DNA of 64,000 nt from Podospora anserina. Lineage: Eukaryota. Below, piece after piece: positions 36,897 to 49,810 of the stretch (the stretch's first letter is position 1; each line of letters opens with the position of its first letter). The stretch covers positions 1,922,001 to 1,986,000 of the forward strand of contig CM030333.1 in NCBI GenBank assembly GCA_017654855.1, written 5' to 3'. The translations under genes were made by a program, and so were the position numbers. The notes under the pieces were generated by a model. The model was not told the origin of the DNA. It did no database searches and worked only from the letters and a program-made list of their open reading frames with translations.

Positions 36897-37385
36897 GGTG
36901 GGTGATGGTTGTTGTGTGTTGTGCTTTTCGGGGTTGGGGTTGGTGATGACGATGTTGATGTGGTGCTGGTGTTCTGCCGAGGTTTTGTTGGTGGGGGTAG
37001 GTGAGTGGGGGTCAACAGCCCTTTAGTTTGTGAAACCCTAACCCGAGCTTGTTAAAGTGCACTACGGAGTACAACATCAAGAACGCCGGACATTCTGTTG
37101 AAAGCCACCTGTTGAATGTGTATTGCTGAATTTAAAGAATTAAAAGCGCTAGCTATGTACAGGAAGAAGATGCCACGGACCCTGCCCGGCTCTGGGCACA
37201 CTGGTTCAACCAGACTGGTGGAACCCTCACCCTTGGCTTGGGATACCCATGATACATGTCGATATGCCTCAGTAGTCCGTAGTCTTATATCCTGAAAGTC
37301 TATCATGTCCCAGTCCAGCACAACCTTTCTCCTAAATACCATCCTTTTCCCATGCCATTTTTGACTTTTCCATATCTTCTTGTGC

Positions 37386-37877
37386 TCACAGGATGCGATT
37401 GCATTCCTCCTGAGTCTTCAAGTGGCAGTAAGGGCTGAAGGTCTGGTTGCTGTTGGGCATCTGGGGAGGGGAGAAGAAAGGAGGCCAAAAATAGTTGGGA
37501 GGAAGTATGTCATTGATAGCCTGTCTGGCTGCCACGGTAGTTGGTGTGACAGACTTGACGAGAGTGGCGAGGGTCTTTTCGATGATTTCGACAGCCTGTG
37601 GAATATCAGAACCTGTTGGTGTAAGAGTGGAAATGGGATTTCCTTACCAGCTCTTCGTCAATCTTCACCTGCTGAGTAACAGCAGCCTGAGGTAGTGCAT
37701 TGTGAACAATGAGTGGGACCGGAGCCTAGTGTAACGGTTAGTGATGAATTGTGGATGAAACATGGTTTAGCGCCTGAAATAAGGACTTACTGCGGCTGGA
37801 GCAGGCTTGGGGATAGCAGCACCAAAGACAGCAGCAGACTGGCTGAGGAGAGCGACGGTTGGGATGAGGGAGTGCAT
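37386..37877 (-). CDS. Small putative secreted protein, 3 exons, about 125 aa
   Basis: MHSLIPTVALLSQSAAVFGAAIP signal-like start; GTAAGT and GTAAGG introns with branch sites splice in frame to ...PYCHLKTQEECNRIL*. Confidence 0.55.
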
Positions 37878-38540
37878 GGCCGGTGGTGATGTGCTTTTGA
37901 GGCGATCTTGCGGCGGTGATAGAGTCTTGGAGAGAGACTTGAGTAGTGTTCTTTGTTGATGTGAGATGACTGAAGAGACTGTTTGATGCCGATGCTAATC
38001 GTCTTGGATTTGGGGCATGGATTCATGATCTTTTGTAGGCATTGCCACCCCATCAAGTCGGTACAGTCCCCGTAGGGCTGACCACGATACAGGGCTGCCA
38101 TGACTCAGCTCAGGTGTCCAGAGCCCGCTGGGTCTTCACCGACACCGGCTAACGGTCAGCTAGACGTTAGACCCATAGCCATGGGTTGAGCAAGCAAGTG
38201 AAAGCAAACGGCGTCTTGTTTTCTTGCTCTAGTGCCGGTCGATCGTCGATCTGGCTTACCTCTGAAACGTTCTTGCTTGCATAATCAGTCTAAAACCGAT
38301 CGAAAGCTTTCATTGTGTCAATACAGCTGGGAAAAAGTACCATAACTTGAATGGTGCTATTGGCAGGTGGCCTGTCGATGTGAGTTGGTTGTCAAGATAT
38401 TTTCGAGAGCAAATTCTGTCAAATTAAGTACCTATTTTTATTCATCTATCTCAATACAATCATTTCCAGCCGGCGTCTTCTGCTCTCCCTTCACCGGGTA
38501 TTCTAGGGGCAGCATTTGCAGCCGCCCCCTTCCGGCTTTC

Positions 38541-40084
38541 TCACCCTTGATATTGCGTGTGGACGCGCGTTGTCGTCTCACATCCGATCTCTGGTTTCAG
38601 CGCGCGGGGGCGCTTCCACGCGACCTCGGAGGCGTCCACACCCAAGCTCATCCACGAGCTGTCCCAATCCGCCTGCCCGCGTTCAGTCCTCGGCCCAAAA
38701 GGAACTTCCACGCTCGCAAGCCTGTCCCTCCAAGCTCTTTCGGAACGCTTTGGAAACACTGTCCTCCACAAATTACAAACCCATCCCCAGAGTCGCCTGA
38801 TGCCCGAGCCGCTGTGGGTTTGGGGTTCACCCTCGATAAACACCATATTTCCGAAAGCTCTTCCATGTGGTGTGCGAAGAGAGCTTGCCATGAATCCAAA
38901 TGTTTCCAGCCCTGTGTCTTGAGTGGGTGGTTTCTGACCAGAGAAGACAATGGATTTCCGAGTGAGAGAGTACAGGAGTACGTCTAGTAATCCTGCTGAA
39001 GCCAGCAAAGAGCCTGCCACGCTGTAGAAGAGGACCGGGGCCTCATGTTTGACCATGGATCCGATTCTAGCTGTAGCGATTGGCACGGTACAGAGAAGGT
39101 AGATTAACGGGTATGCCAGAAAGCTGCTTATCTCGCGAAGCTTCTGCTCTTGTGTGGCATACTGGGTACCGGGCGATGTTTGTTGGCAGCTTGAAGCGAT
39201 GGGCTTGCGGTGAGTCAAGAGATAAATGACGATGGCGAGATATATCACGCTTGTGGCCACAAGACAGATAAAGATCCATAGGTAATGGAGGTACAAACGA
39301 AGCTCTTGATAATTGGAGGTGATCCAGCACTGATTTGGCGTTAGCAGCATGAAGTGCCAGAAAAGAAGGCGAAGCCACATACCCATTCGCCCGCCCGGCC
39401 ATAGAAATCTGACGAACCACCAGATATCGCAATGCCCAAGAGAGCCATTCCGTATACAGACGACCAGAGTGCCGCGAGGACTGGGTAGAAGACGCGAGAG
39501 GGCGGTCGGAAATTCCTGACGATACTAAGGTAGCCGTGAGCCGCAATTGCCGTCACAAAGACGCTTGAAGCGAGATTCCCAGTTGACAGGAACCAGGCCT
39601 GTGCTTTGCAAACTAGGTGTCTGTCGTAAATTCCATCCAATGCTAGCCATCGAGCACTCATGAAGTAGGCCGTGGCCTGCATGAGATCTGCAAAAAGAAG
39701 GTTGTAGATGAGAACGAGAAACTGATTCGGGGGGTTGGCTCTGATCCGATTCCAGAAGCCAGTTTGCGGTCGTGATGGCATCCCATTATCGGCTTCAGTG
39801 GGCTGTGATTCCGCCGAAACAGTAAAATTCCGCGACATCGCCAGCATCTCGTGCAAGTTGTCCTCATCAACCTGGAGATTTGAAGCTGGTAGGCTTGAAG
39901 CCTCTTGCGAGGGTTGCCTGATATGCCACTTGACGAATCTCCAGCTGAGGTACACCAAAAGGGCGAAAACGAAAATGAAGCTCAGGAAAGCTAGAGTTGC
40001 AACAGCATGCAGGCCGTGTCGAACGGCGGCCGGCAGGGGTGCGAGGGTGTAGGCCTCATCTTCGCTGAGCTTGAGATAATCCAT
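38541..40084 (-). CDS. Git3/cAMP-receptor-like 7TM GPCR (intron about 39330-39382)
   Basis: NQFLVLIYNLLFADLMQA, CKAQAW, spliced AGEWCWI, YPLIYLLCTVP and GLLDVLLYSLTR. Confidence 0.82.
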
Positions 40085-41634
40085 TGTAGCGATCTAGCTT
40101 TCGAGCTGGAGGAGGTGTCTATATTTTTTGGTAAGAGGCAAGTTGCTGTGTGAGAACGAGAACTGAGGAGAAATGCATTGGAGTGGTCAAAATGTTGATG
40201 AACTTGGTGTGTTGCCAAAACAATGAGTGGCAGGCGATCTGTGGGTAACTCTGCCAACCGATTGGAAAAGAACAGGTCAAAGTGATGTCTGAGAACAGAT
40301 TCCGGGGTGATCTCACTTCTGAAAGGGGGAAGTGAGTACAATAGGCCTGGAACGAATATTCAGGGTTACGAGAGAATAATACGGGGTTGTCGAGAACCGC
40401 GACGTGAAGCAGGGCACTGACGTCGAACTCCGCTCTTTGGCCTTGTAAACCAGTTCAGATGACCCGCCAGACTGAGTAACTAGGTACCTAAGACATGACC
40501 CGGAAGCAGGCTTCTTAAAACTCCATGGAACCTATTTAATGAGATGGTCTACCTTATGTCTGCCAACGATCAAATGGTGACATGGTTCCAGTCTCCTGTA
40601 AGACTACCTGACGTCTGTGAAGCCTAAGGTGCCTACCTAAGCGCTCAAAAGGTCACACTCTTTCGAAAACAAGATAGCGAAATTAGAAACATTTCAGTTT
40701 TACTTGTAACCAGTGTTGGTTAGAAGGGGGTTGACCATGAGACTTTATTGATGAGTGTTGAGGTACCCAAATAAAAATAGTGAATTTTGGCGTGTACAAG
40801 AGGACTGAAATTTCCAAGTCCTCTCGCACTTGCTCAATCTGACCTTTGTCAGTAGCCATTACTCCTGGCACTTATGCATACAGTTTCATGTTCCGAGACG
40901 GTTATGAAGCTTCTGGTGGCATGTTATGCTATTAGTTCGATTGTCATCTAACTTTGGACTGTTCTCCTCGGCTACCTTGATGAATATGAAATCTGAGGAG
41001 TCGATATTTTCGGTACAAAAATCCCTAAACCGAAACATTCATGAACATCTTCTCTGAACCATGCATTATCAACGCCCTTATAATTTATATGCACTCGAGT
41101 ATAGATTTTCTTGGAGTGAACTGACACAGTATTCTTGATGACAAAAGTTGTATGAAGGCAGAAAGCATGACTACCTTAGACGTCATGTCGTTGCGTGGTA
41201 GCCAGTTGCTCTTAAGCCATCATTGATCTCGGATCCCCTAATAGCGAGTGTCGCTCTACTTGTCCAAGATAAAACAAACAAACACCACCCTGGAAAGAGT
41301 ATGAAGGTTTTGATCGTCCGAGCTTTTCACATCAGCTTTTTGTTTTGATTGCTTGGAATACAGAGCAACACAAGAGTGCTTTTATCGTATGGAGCAAGAA
41401 ACAGCAAAGGGCTCGCATACTAAGCCAGATCGGAAACGTGATGCTTCCTTAAAGAGCCGCCGCTTTAAACCAAGACAGAGCGATGACTTCATGACCAGGA
41501 ATCTCCAGCATGGTGTCGATTTTGAGTTCCGCCACCCTCCACAACCTCCGCCAGCTCGAGCTTGAATGTTGCCGCCCCCTCTCCCCAGTATCCACACACC
41601 TTCGGCATCCATCCATCGTCGTACTGAACGAATA

Positions 41635-42225
41635 ATGTGCACATACTACATGAACACCCGCTGGCTGTGCCACAAAACCAAAGGCTGCAAAGCTGAAGGA
41701 CGACCCTGCAGGATCAAACCATCGTTCCACAAACCCCCACAACAGCGCATCTGCTGCAACTATGTCGACCGCTTCAGTGGCATCTGTTACGGAGTAACTT
41801 GTCAAGGTGGCGGGAGGAAGCCCAACCACTTCATCGACAGCGAAACAGTCTTCTACAAGGGCCTCGAATGTCCCTGGCATCCTCACAAGAAGATGCTGTC
41901 ACTGGAGAGGCTGTGGGAAGAGGAGTGGACTGAGCAGATAATCAAGGCGCACTTGACCAAGAGATACCGCGAGGCTGCCGAGCGACGAAAGCACGATGAG
42001 ACGGCCAATAGAGCGAGGCTGATTCAGGAATTGTTCGAGGACGTAAAAAAAGGAAGATCTGTTGTCCTGTTTTACAAGAGCGTGATGAAATGGCAAACCA
42101 TAGCAATTGAAAGATGCCGCAAGGAGCTGGTAAAATTCAGTGGGTGTAATGCCGATCTGGCTTTGGCTGATGATGTTGTGGTCAGCCGGCAGAGGCGGGT
42201 CTTTCGTCGGTATCTAAAACCATAG
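41635..42225 (+). CDS. Hypothetical protein with a Cys/His-rich N-terminus
   Basis: Open frame from MCTYY; several Cys and a basic helical C-terminus; no family recognised. Confidence 0.5.
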   Translation: MCTYYMNTRWLCHKTKGCKAEGRPCRIKPSFHKPPQQRICCNYVDRFSGICYGVTCQGGGRKPNHFIDSETVFYKGLECPWHPHKKMLSLERLWEEEWTEQIIKAHLTKRYREAAERRKHDETANRARLIQELFEDVKKGRSVVLFYKSVMKWQTIAIERCRKELVKFSGCNADLALADDVVVSRQRRVFRRYLKP

Positions 42226-42298
42226 CCCGAGTACGCCAGGGGCTTCTGTTGAGACAAGCTGGCATTTACTCCTTTCTGGTCTTCGACTGATCGAAGGA

Positions 42299-43485
42299 CT
42301 AGGCTTGCGGGGTGACCTCGCTCCCAGTCTTCGCACTCTCTCGTACTGCCTCGATTATTCGCAGAACCTGCGCCGCCTGTGACGCAGGCACAGGTACACC
42401 TTCCTCCTTTCCGCTTGCAACAGCCTTCGCAAACAGGTGATAGAACCTGACATATGTCTCCGGCTCTACAGTAGGGCAAACCTGGTCTTCCACCTTCCCG
42501 TCACCGCCGACGATACACAACCTCCCGAATCTGTCCTCCGATTCCTTGCCGAAGTCGGTGTCAGTCGCCTTGCCACCGGCTCGGAGATGATCCTCCTGAG
42601 GATCCAACCCGCTCTTGTGATAACTGCCTTTGGTACCCCGGACCCAGAACCGCATCTGTCTGGTCTCGACACAGGCGACGCCGGCACGAACAAAGACCAA
42701 CAGCCCCTTGTTCTTATAGCTCAGGATAGCAGTCACACTATCCGGCTCCTGCTCATCGGTCCCATCCCCAGTGACAAGCCTCCCTTCTCTCTGGTTGACG
42801 AATCTCCCTGTCACGCCATCAGGCATACCAAACAACACAAACACCTGATCCAACAAGTGGGAGCCAAGATCATACAACACCCCTCCCGCCTCGTCCATCT
42901 TGAGCCCCGCCTTCCACGTCGAACCCTTCGCCAGAGCCGTCAATCGCAATCTGTCAAAGTGCGTCTCGAACTCGACAATTCTTCCCAGCTTGTCCTCCTT
43001 GAGGAGATTCTGAACAGTAAGGAAGTCCGAATCCCATCGCCGGTTCTGATAGACGCAAAGCACCCGCTGTTGCTGTCTCGCCAAAGCAGTCAACTCATCC
43101 GCCTCGCTTGAGGTGGGAACAAACGGCTTCTCGACAAGGACATGCTTGTTGTTGAGCAGTGCTGAGCGGGTCAGGGGGTAGTGGGTGTTTGGTGGGGTGC
43201 AGAGGACCACCACGTCGACGTCTGGGTCGGCGATGAGATCCTCGGGAGCGGTGTAGTGCTTGAGGTCAGGGTAGTCTTCTGGGGCGGAGTTGCCTGGCTT
43301 GGGAGTGCGCTGGACGATAGAGTGAAGCTTGAGGGAGGGGGTGAGTTGGATGAAAGGGATGTGGAAGACTTTGGCGGAGAGGCTGGAGGGGGTGGTTAGC
43401 CGCTGGGTTAGGGTTGGGTATGGAGATTAGGAGAAGAGACGAACCCATAGCCGACGATGCCAACGTTGAATTGCTTTTCGGTCAT
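42299..43485 (-). CDS. Gfo/Idh/MocA-family NAD(P)-dependent oxidoreductase (intron 43383-43444)
   Basis: VGIVGYG/LSAKVFHIPF, KHVLVEKPF, YQNRRWDSDF, YDLGSHLLDQ and GLDPQE. Confidence 0.9.
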
Positions 43486-44328
43486 TGTGAGATTAGTGTT
43501 TAATACTGATGGAAAGTTTGGTTCTTTCGGAATACCTTTCAGATGGGATTTCTTTCAGAATTAAAGGCCCCTTTTTGAGCATTGAAGTCGTCGTTGTCTG
43601 CGGGGTAGCTGTGGTGCTGAGTCAAGAATCCACCCCCGCGGTGGACTCGTATCAAGACCCCACCACCCGGGATGACGTCGAGCTCATGGAGAGAACACCA
43701 TCTCAAGATGTCGACCAGTTTCGGCAGTTTTTTCTTTATATCTTGATGAAAAAGCCAGATCTTTTTATTGTCATTACATATTTTGTTCAACACAACATTC
43801 TAGCCTCTCGGCTTCATGCCATTACGGTATGAAGTGTCGTCAAAAGAAGGCGGAACTAGCCGCCCCCCCTTGCACCTTAACGGACCGACTCTGCTATCCC
43901 CATGGGGCTCCACGCACTCGATGACACATCAAATGATGGAACTGTTAATATCCGGGACTTTGATTGTGGAGGTCGTTCAGTCGAGTGGAAAGCCGAACAA
44001 GCCCTCAGCTCGCGAGCCAGGATAAGAAAGGAGGCTGCTCCTTGTCTCCGCGAAGAACAACTTATTTTACCTTGCATCATATGTTTGGTGAAGGTCTATA
44101 GGTACTTCTTACATGGCTAGGCTGACACTTTGCAGTGAGCTGACCTTTTGAAATCCGGAATGATGATATTTGAAATCTGGGATGGAGAAGGTTTGTATTA
44201 GAACATCCCAGCAAGTTGTGGACTTTAGCTTGCCAGCTGGGTATCTAACTAGGTCTCAGCTTCCCTTCCCAACCCGAGCGTTCTACCTCATGCTACGTTG
44301 GTATTCCTCTGTCGACTTCCATGCCAAC

Positions 44329-45205
44329 TTAGTATCCCATCATGACGGGAGGGCACTCGGCATCCAGGAAAGCCGCGGCAATCTCCTTGAAGTCATCACT
44401 CTCATAAGTACCCAGTTCAAGAGGATTATCCTCATATATTTTGTCGTCAAAGATCACGCAAAGATTCCTTCGAAACTGAGTCTTGGCTTTACGCCATTCC
44501 AAAAAGCCAGCATCCCCAGGGAGGAGGCGAAGGGCCTTTCGGCATTCCCACTCGGCGACGGCTTTACAGCGCATCGGACCGGCTGGGAACAGAAACTGAA
44601 TGGCGCTCAGCTTCGTTCGCTCACGAAGAAGATCGTCCGAGCTTCTGGGCGAATCGCGCGCTGAAGCGAGTATTTTGCGAACGGCCACCAGGAAGCCAGT
44701 GAGAAGGTCCTAGATAAGTACAACAGAACAGCCATTAGCGGGGTGATAGGGACTGAAGGTATTAAGAATTGACATACTTTGACAATTGGACCGCACTTGA
44801 GACGAAAGTTAGAGTGTCGGAACTTGTATGAATCGCAATAGTGGGCAAATTTGACAAGTGCGTGAAGGTCCAAAGCGTCTCCACGCATGACAAGAGGGAT
44901 CTGTGAGCAAAGGATGAGTTAGCGATGACATAACACAGTTGTATTTCGCTTTGAAGTAGTGGAAGCATACCTGGTAGGCAGCGATGTTGTGACTGTTGCA
45001 GATGTTCATGCCGTCAGGGTCATGCACCATAACGGAACTGGGGGTTCGAAAAGACATCTGGTTCGATTTCTTTGCAGAAAAGCTTCTCAACACAATAGAA
45101 ATTGATCAACTTGACCAAGTCCTTCCGCTTCAAATAGTTCTCGAGGTATTGGATACAAGTATCCGGCCCCGGTGCAAAAGCACACTCGTGGTTGTCGAAG
45201 GTCAT
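44329..45205 (-). pseudogene. Tandem Cys-rich paralog A, 3 exons; net +1 frameshift in exon 1
   Basis: APGPDTC, IPLVMRGDALDL and LRLLPGDAGF..W..AK motifs; exon 1 is 235 nt versus 234 nt in copy D. Confidence 0.7.
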
Positions 45206-45499
45206 AGTTGTTGACTTGATGATTCCCAATGGAGGTGGAAGAGGATGTGAGTTTGTAAAGTTGGTAAGGGATGGATCGAAGGGGAGAATAGGCGACAAGA
45301 AGAAACGTGAAACTCGCAGGGCCACAATAAATAATCAGTCCAAACAAGGCAAACGCGGACTGATGGTGAATTCCTTCGGCCTCATTGTTTACTTCTCATT
45401 GCCACTACATCAGATGCTTTCCAGGCAGGTGTTTGGTCGTACTTGTTACTTGTTTGCAAGCAATGCACAACCTATGCTCTCTGATCAAACATTCAACAA

Positions 45500-46467
45500 A
45501 GTGAAAACAATACTTTGCATTAAAGAAGTCAGCTATGGCTCCCGGCTCGCTGCATAACAGTGGAAGGTTCAAAACGTATCCAGCACAAATCCAAATCCTG
45601 CACTCCAAAAAAACCATATTTGCCCCCCCTCCCCCCAAAAAACCCCGGGTCCTCGGCAAGCAGACGGGATTCGCACTGCTTTTCCCACGTTTTCAGGCTT
45701 TTCCTCCATTCTATCTTGTCATAGTATTCTGACCCGAGGTGGGAACCGGGTATTTCGTAGCGGCGAGAATTCGACGGCAGTGGATCTGCTCTGCAGTAAC
45801 AGCGGAGGCTTTATTCATCAAGCCACGTTTTGTGCTGGCCACCGCCTTGATGAATTCGCCAACAAGAGCCTAGGGCAACAAGAGATGGAATCAGTCCTTG
45901 AATATCTTCCACAAACCATGAACGGCTTCTAGGCGGATACATACCGCTGCAAGAGCAATGAGCTGCCTCTCCACGATCAAGAGGGACTCTTCAGGTTTGG
46001 CATCCCCAGGACAACGGGCCAACCTATCCTCGATCTCCGCAACCAAGAATGTGATCAAGTCCCTGGAGACCGAAAGCATCCCCTCACATAAGGACAGGTA
46101 TCTAACACAACGAGTGATTAGCAGAAAGGTGTCCAACGCGGATCATCACCCACTTCCTCCAATGGGTTTGAGCACGCCAAGACCTACAAAATCAGAACCG
46201 ATCACCTCTGGACGAATGCCAATACAGACTAGCGTGGTGCCTTTGGCAGCATCCGTCGAAAGGTTTGCTTGCTCCGGCTTGGGATACTGACAGATGCAGA
46301 TTTGGTTCTCTGCTGAAAGCAACTTCCTGATGGAAGGGGGTTTTCCCTCTCCGTCTTGGTAGACGAAAAAAGTCGCTTTTTCCATTGCATCTCGGCAGGC
46401 AGTGAGGCATGGAATGCAGGTATCAGGGCCCGGTGCATAGACCAAGTTTTCAGAAAATGACGACATC
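45500..46467 (-). pseudogene. Tandem Cys-rich paralog B; several lesions
   Basis: APGPDTCIPC; exon 2 reads IPVLM*GDA (TGA at 46086-46084), followed by frameshifts; remnant SRLLAEDPGF. The 3' end is approximate. Confidence 0.72.
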
Positions 46468-47387
46468 TTGAGCGATGTCGAGGGCAACGACGGTTGAACT
46501 TTGTGAAAATGAAATGGAGAAGCCGGGAGAGCCAGAGTCTTGGGGAAGAGGCAGCTAAAGTACCCACTACGTCCTATTATACCTCTTAAATCCTCCAGAC
46601 TTTCCCTACAAAGCGTGTGAAATATCCACCAGAATTGTCCGAACTTCTCCTCGTATCCAATTTAACTTCCCGCCTCCCACATCAATGTAAAAATAACCCT
46701 AACCCGGATATCATCCCATAACAACAGGCCCTGCAAGTCCGTGTGTTTCAAACGCTTCAAGTGATCAGTTGTTCACTTCACAAGTTCGGAAGGAAGTTGC
46801 GGATATGGCAGCTCAAACTCTGGAGTTGATGGGAATTGCCACTTATTAAACCAGGAAGCATTGTATAAATAATTCTACAGCATTATCCATTTCACATTTC
46901 AATAGCCAGGAAGTGTTGTGTCATAATATGGCGTGAAAGATGCCTCCATCTTGATGTTCATTTACCTATCCCTCATCCCAACATCCATCAATTATGCTCC
47001 AAGAAATCCTCGCTTGGCTCCATGGGGGAGTGGAGGACAACACATGAGAGCTCTGCTAGCAGAGGAGAAAGACTGAGCGGGATGTAGGGCTATGCAGAAC
47101 TTGGCTCCTTTCATCTTTAAAACTTACTGTGTGCTTTTCACTCTCGCAGAGAAACTCGCAGTCGCATAAGTTCGTAGTCTCATGTCATGGCATAAGACAG
47201 GAATGATAGAGAACATCGCTCTGTATTGGGGGGCGATCTTGATTTGACCTTCTGGTCTAACCACAAGCCAGAAGTTCGAGACTGCCATTTCTTATTGTCC
47301 CCGGATCCATGATCTCCAGCGACTCCCGATGTCTTCCTCTGTGCCGCTGACATTCCTTGCGAGTCAACGGTACCTTGGTGTCCTGGA

Positions 47388-48290
47388 TCACTGGTTGAAC
47401 GGGCAACATGTGTCGAGGAATCCATTCGCCATGTCCTCATATTCGGAATCCCCAATCAAGTCATACTCTTCAAGACGTTCTTGTCCAAGCTCTTGGACTG
47501 TAGGGTCGCAAAGAAATTGGCGAACATTTGCGCGGAATAAGGCCTTCGCCGTGCGCCAGTGACTGAACCCATCATCCCCGGGGAGAAGACGCAGCTCGCT
47601 GCGCTTTTGCCAATCTAGAAGGTCCTCCTGGTCGCAATCCCCTTTCTTCGGAAATAGATGCCGAGCAGCAGCGAGCATCTGAAGATGACGGATATGATTG
47701 CGAAGGTCGTCCGCAGTGCGATTCTTGACGGACAACTCGGCAATATCGACAGCCTTGACGAATTCTTCAATGAGATTCTGGTCCGAGAGAATATGACATG
47801 TTAGAATGACCTAATTTTAAGCTGGAAAGGTCGTAGGTTTATACGTACGGCCACAATACGAATGAGCGACTTCTTCAAAGTGGCAATCGAGTTGTTGGGC
47901 TTCTCCACGTCGGGATAAAGCACGATGCACTCAATTGAAGTAACAGTGAACTTGATGAGATCCTGGAGATCGTAGGCATCGCCGCGCATTATGACCGGAA
48001 TCTAAGACGAAGTATTAGAAATAGGCAGTACAAAGAGACTCTATGAGTACGTTTGGTTTGGAAAACTTACCCGTCGACAGTGGTTGGACAGATCAACGCA
48101 ATTGGTGCAAGCACCAGAGCTCGAGATGTTCACCTGGTCCTTCTGAGGGTATTGGATGCTACAGCCAGGGCGAGAACCCGAGAACAAATTCTGAATGCAA
48201 TCGACGTTCCCGTAGTCCTGAAAAGCTTCGAGACGACACACAGGTATCGGGACCCGGTGCTTGGTCACACCTGAGAGTGGACAGCGGCAT
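47388..48290 (-). pseudogene. Tandem Cys-rich paralog C; frameshift just after APGPDTC
   Basis: Exon 1 is 220 nt (3n+1); exon 2 (IPVIMRGDAYDL) and exon 3 (ELRLLPGDDGFSHWRTAK) are open. Confidence 0.7.
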
Positions 48291-48549
48291 CGTGGATGGT
48301 GGTAAGACTGAGGTTGTGGGTTTGGCGAGGTGGTGTGGCAAAAAAAGAGGAAAGGTGAAGGTTTTAAAGTCGAGAGAAAATTAAATAGCCGGCCAGAGGA
48401 TTGAGCGGCGGAGGCAAGAGCCACCCGTACCTTCCAATGATGGCTACCGGGTACTATTGTCCATTATTTCCACTTAGGGCCTAGAATTCAGTGGAAGATA
48501 CGACTGAGCAATGTTAGGTAGGTATACTGCATTTCATGGGCAGAGTACA

Positions 48550-48845
48550 AAAAAAAGACAGAAGAAAAAAAGACAGAAGAAAAAAAGACAGAAGAAAAAA
48601 AGACAGAAGAAAAAAAGACAGAAGAAAAAAAGACAGAAGAAAAAAAGACAGAAGAAAAAAAGACAGAAGAAAAAAAGACAGAAGAAAAAAAGACAGAAGA
48701 AAAAAAGACAGAAGAAAAAAAGACAGAAGAAAAAAAGACAGAAAAAAAAGATAGAAAAAAAAGACAGAAAAAAAAGACAGAAAAAAAGACAGAAAAAAAA
48801 GACAGAAAAAACAAACAGAAAAAAAGACAGAAAAAAAACAGGAAA
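48550..48845. repeat. 15-bp purine-rich minisatellite (AAAAAAAGACAGAAG), 12 perfect copies plus degenerate copies
   Basis: Directly visible; lies between paralogs D and C. Confidence 0.95.
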
Positions 48846-48918
48846 GAAGGGGAAGCAACCAGGTCCACACCTCGGAAGCTTTTTCCTCTACCACTTACAT
48901 CATGCCGGCCCAAACCTC

Positions 48919-49810
48919 CTACAGCGGAAAGTACTCCTCGCGGAATGCCTTCACATCCTCTTCGTGGGCCTCTCCAGAGCGGATTGGCTCGTCGACAAGA
49001 ACATCAAATCCAGGCTCGAGCTCTGGGCGGCAGAGAAACTTGCGGATGCCTTCAAAGAAGGCTCGCTTGGCAATTTGCCAGCCGCTGAACCCCAGATCCT
49101 TGGGCAGCAAACGCAGCTCTTGCCGTTTCCTCACGGCACGCACGACCTCGCAGTCGGCGTTCTCCTCGGAAGGGAGGGGGTTTCTTGTGGCCGCAAGCAT
49201 GCGGCGGCGGTGGACTTCGTCGGCAGGCGCGCCACCCTGCCCTTCCGACTCAATTGTGAGCCGGGTGGTGACTAAAAATTCCGCGAGGAGTTTCTGTTAA
49301 GCAGGTTAGCTCCCGGTTTCGTCCCAGCTTTGATAGCACACACCTACAGCAACGAGACCGACGAGGTTTTTCTCCAGCTCAGGGACCACAGTTTCATCGT
49401 CTGGCTCAGTCTTTGGGCACAGAACGATCTACTCGACGGCGCAAACAGCAAACCGGATGAGGTCTTGAAGGTCGAGGGCGTCGCCTCGCATGGTGATGGG
49501 AATCTGAAATTCAGACCGAAGAGTTAGAAATGCCATTTCCACCAAATCATTCAAGAAATCTTAGGAGTCCACTCACGGGGATACAGCCTTCTTTCGACTC
49601 AAGACATGCTTTCGTCACGCAATCCGACGCAAAGAGATTGACACCCGAAGGGTGTGGATGCTCGCGCCGGCACACCTTCTCGGCATCCGCAAACAAGTCC
49701 TCAATGCACCTCGCCTCGTCCTGCCCGCGGCGGAACGACTCCAGACACGGGTGACACGTGTTTGGGCCTGGCGCGCGCGAGCAGGAGAGGGTCGACGGTG
49801 ACTTCGTCAT
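48919..49810 (-). pseudogene. Tandem Cys-rich paralog D; intact except for one in-frame TAG (49431-49429)
   Basis: Exons 49810-49577, 49503-49348 and 49293-48919 with phase-0 introns; the only lesion seen is GAG TAG ATC. Confidence 0.7.

Noticed and set aside
48488-49275. KKRQK / FFSSV repeat ORFs
   Set aside because: Translation artefacts of the 15-bp minisatellite, plus antisense sequence of paralog D.
44329-49810. Spok-type meiotic drive genes or programmed frameshifting for the paralog array
   Set aside because: The proteins are too short and lack recognisable nuclease or kinase domains. The frameshifts lie at different positions with no shared slippery motif.
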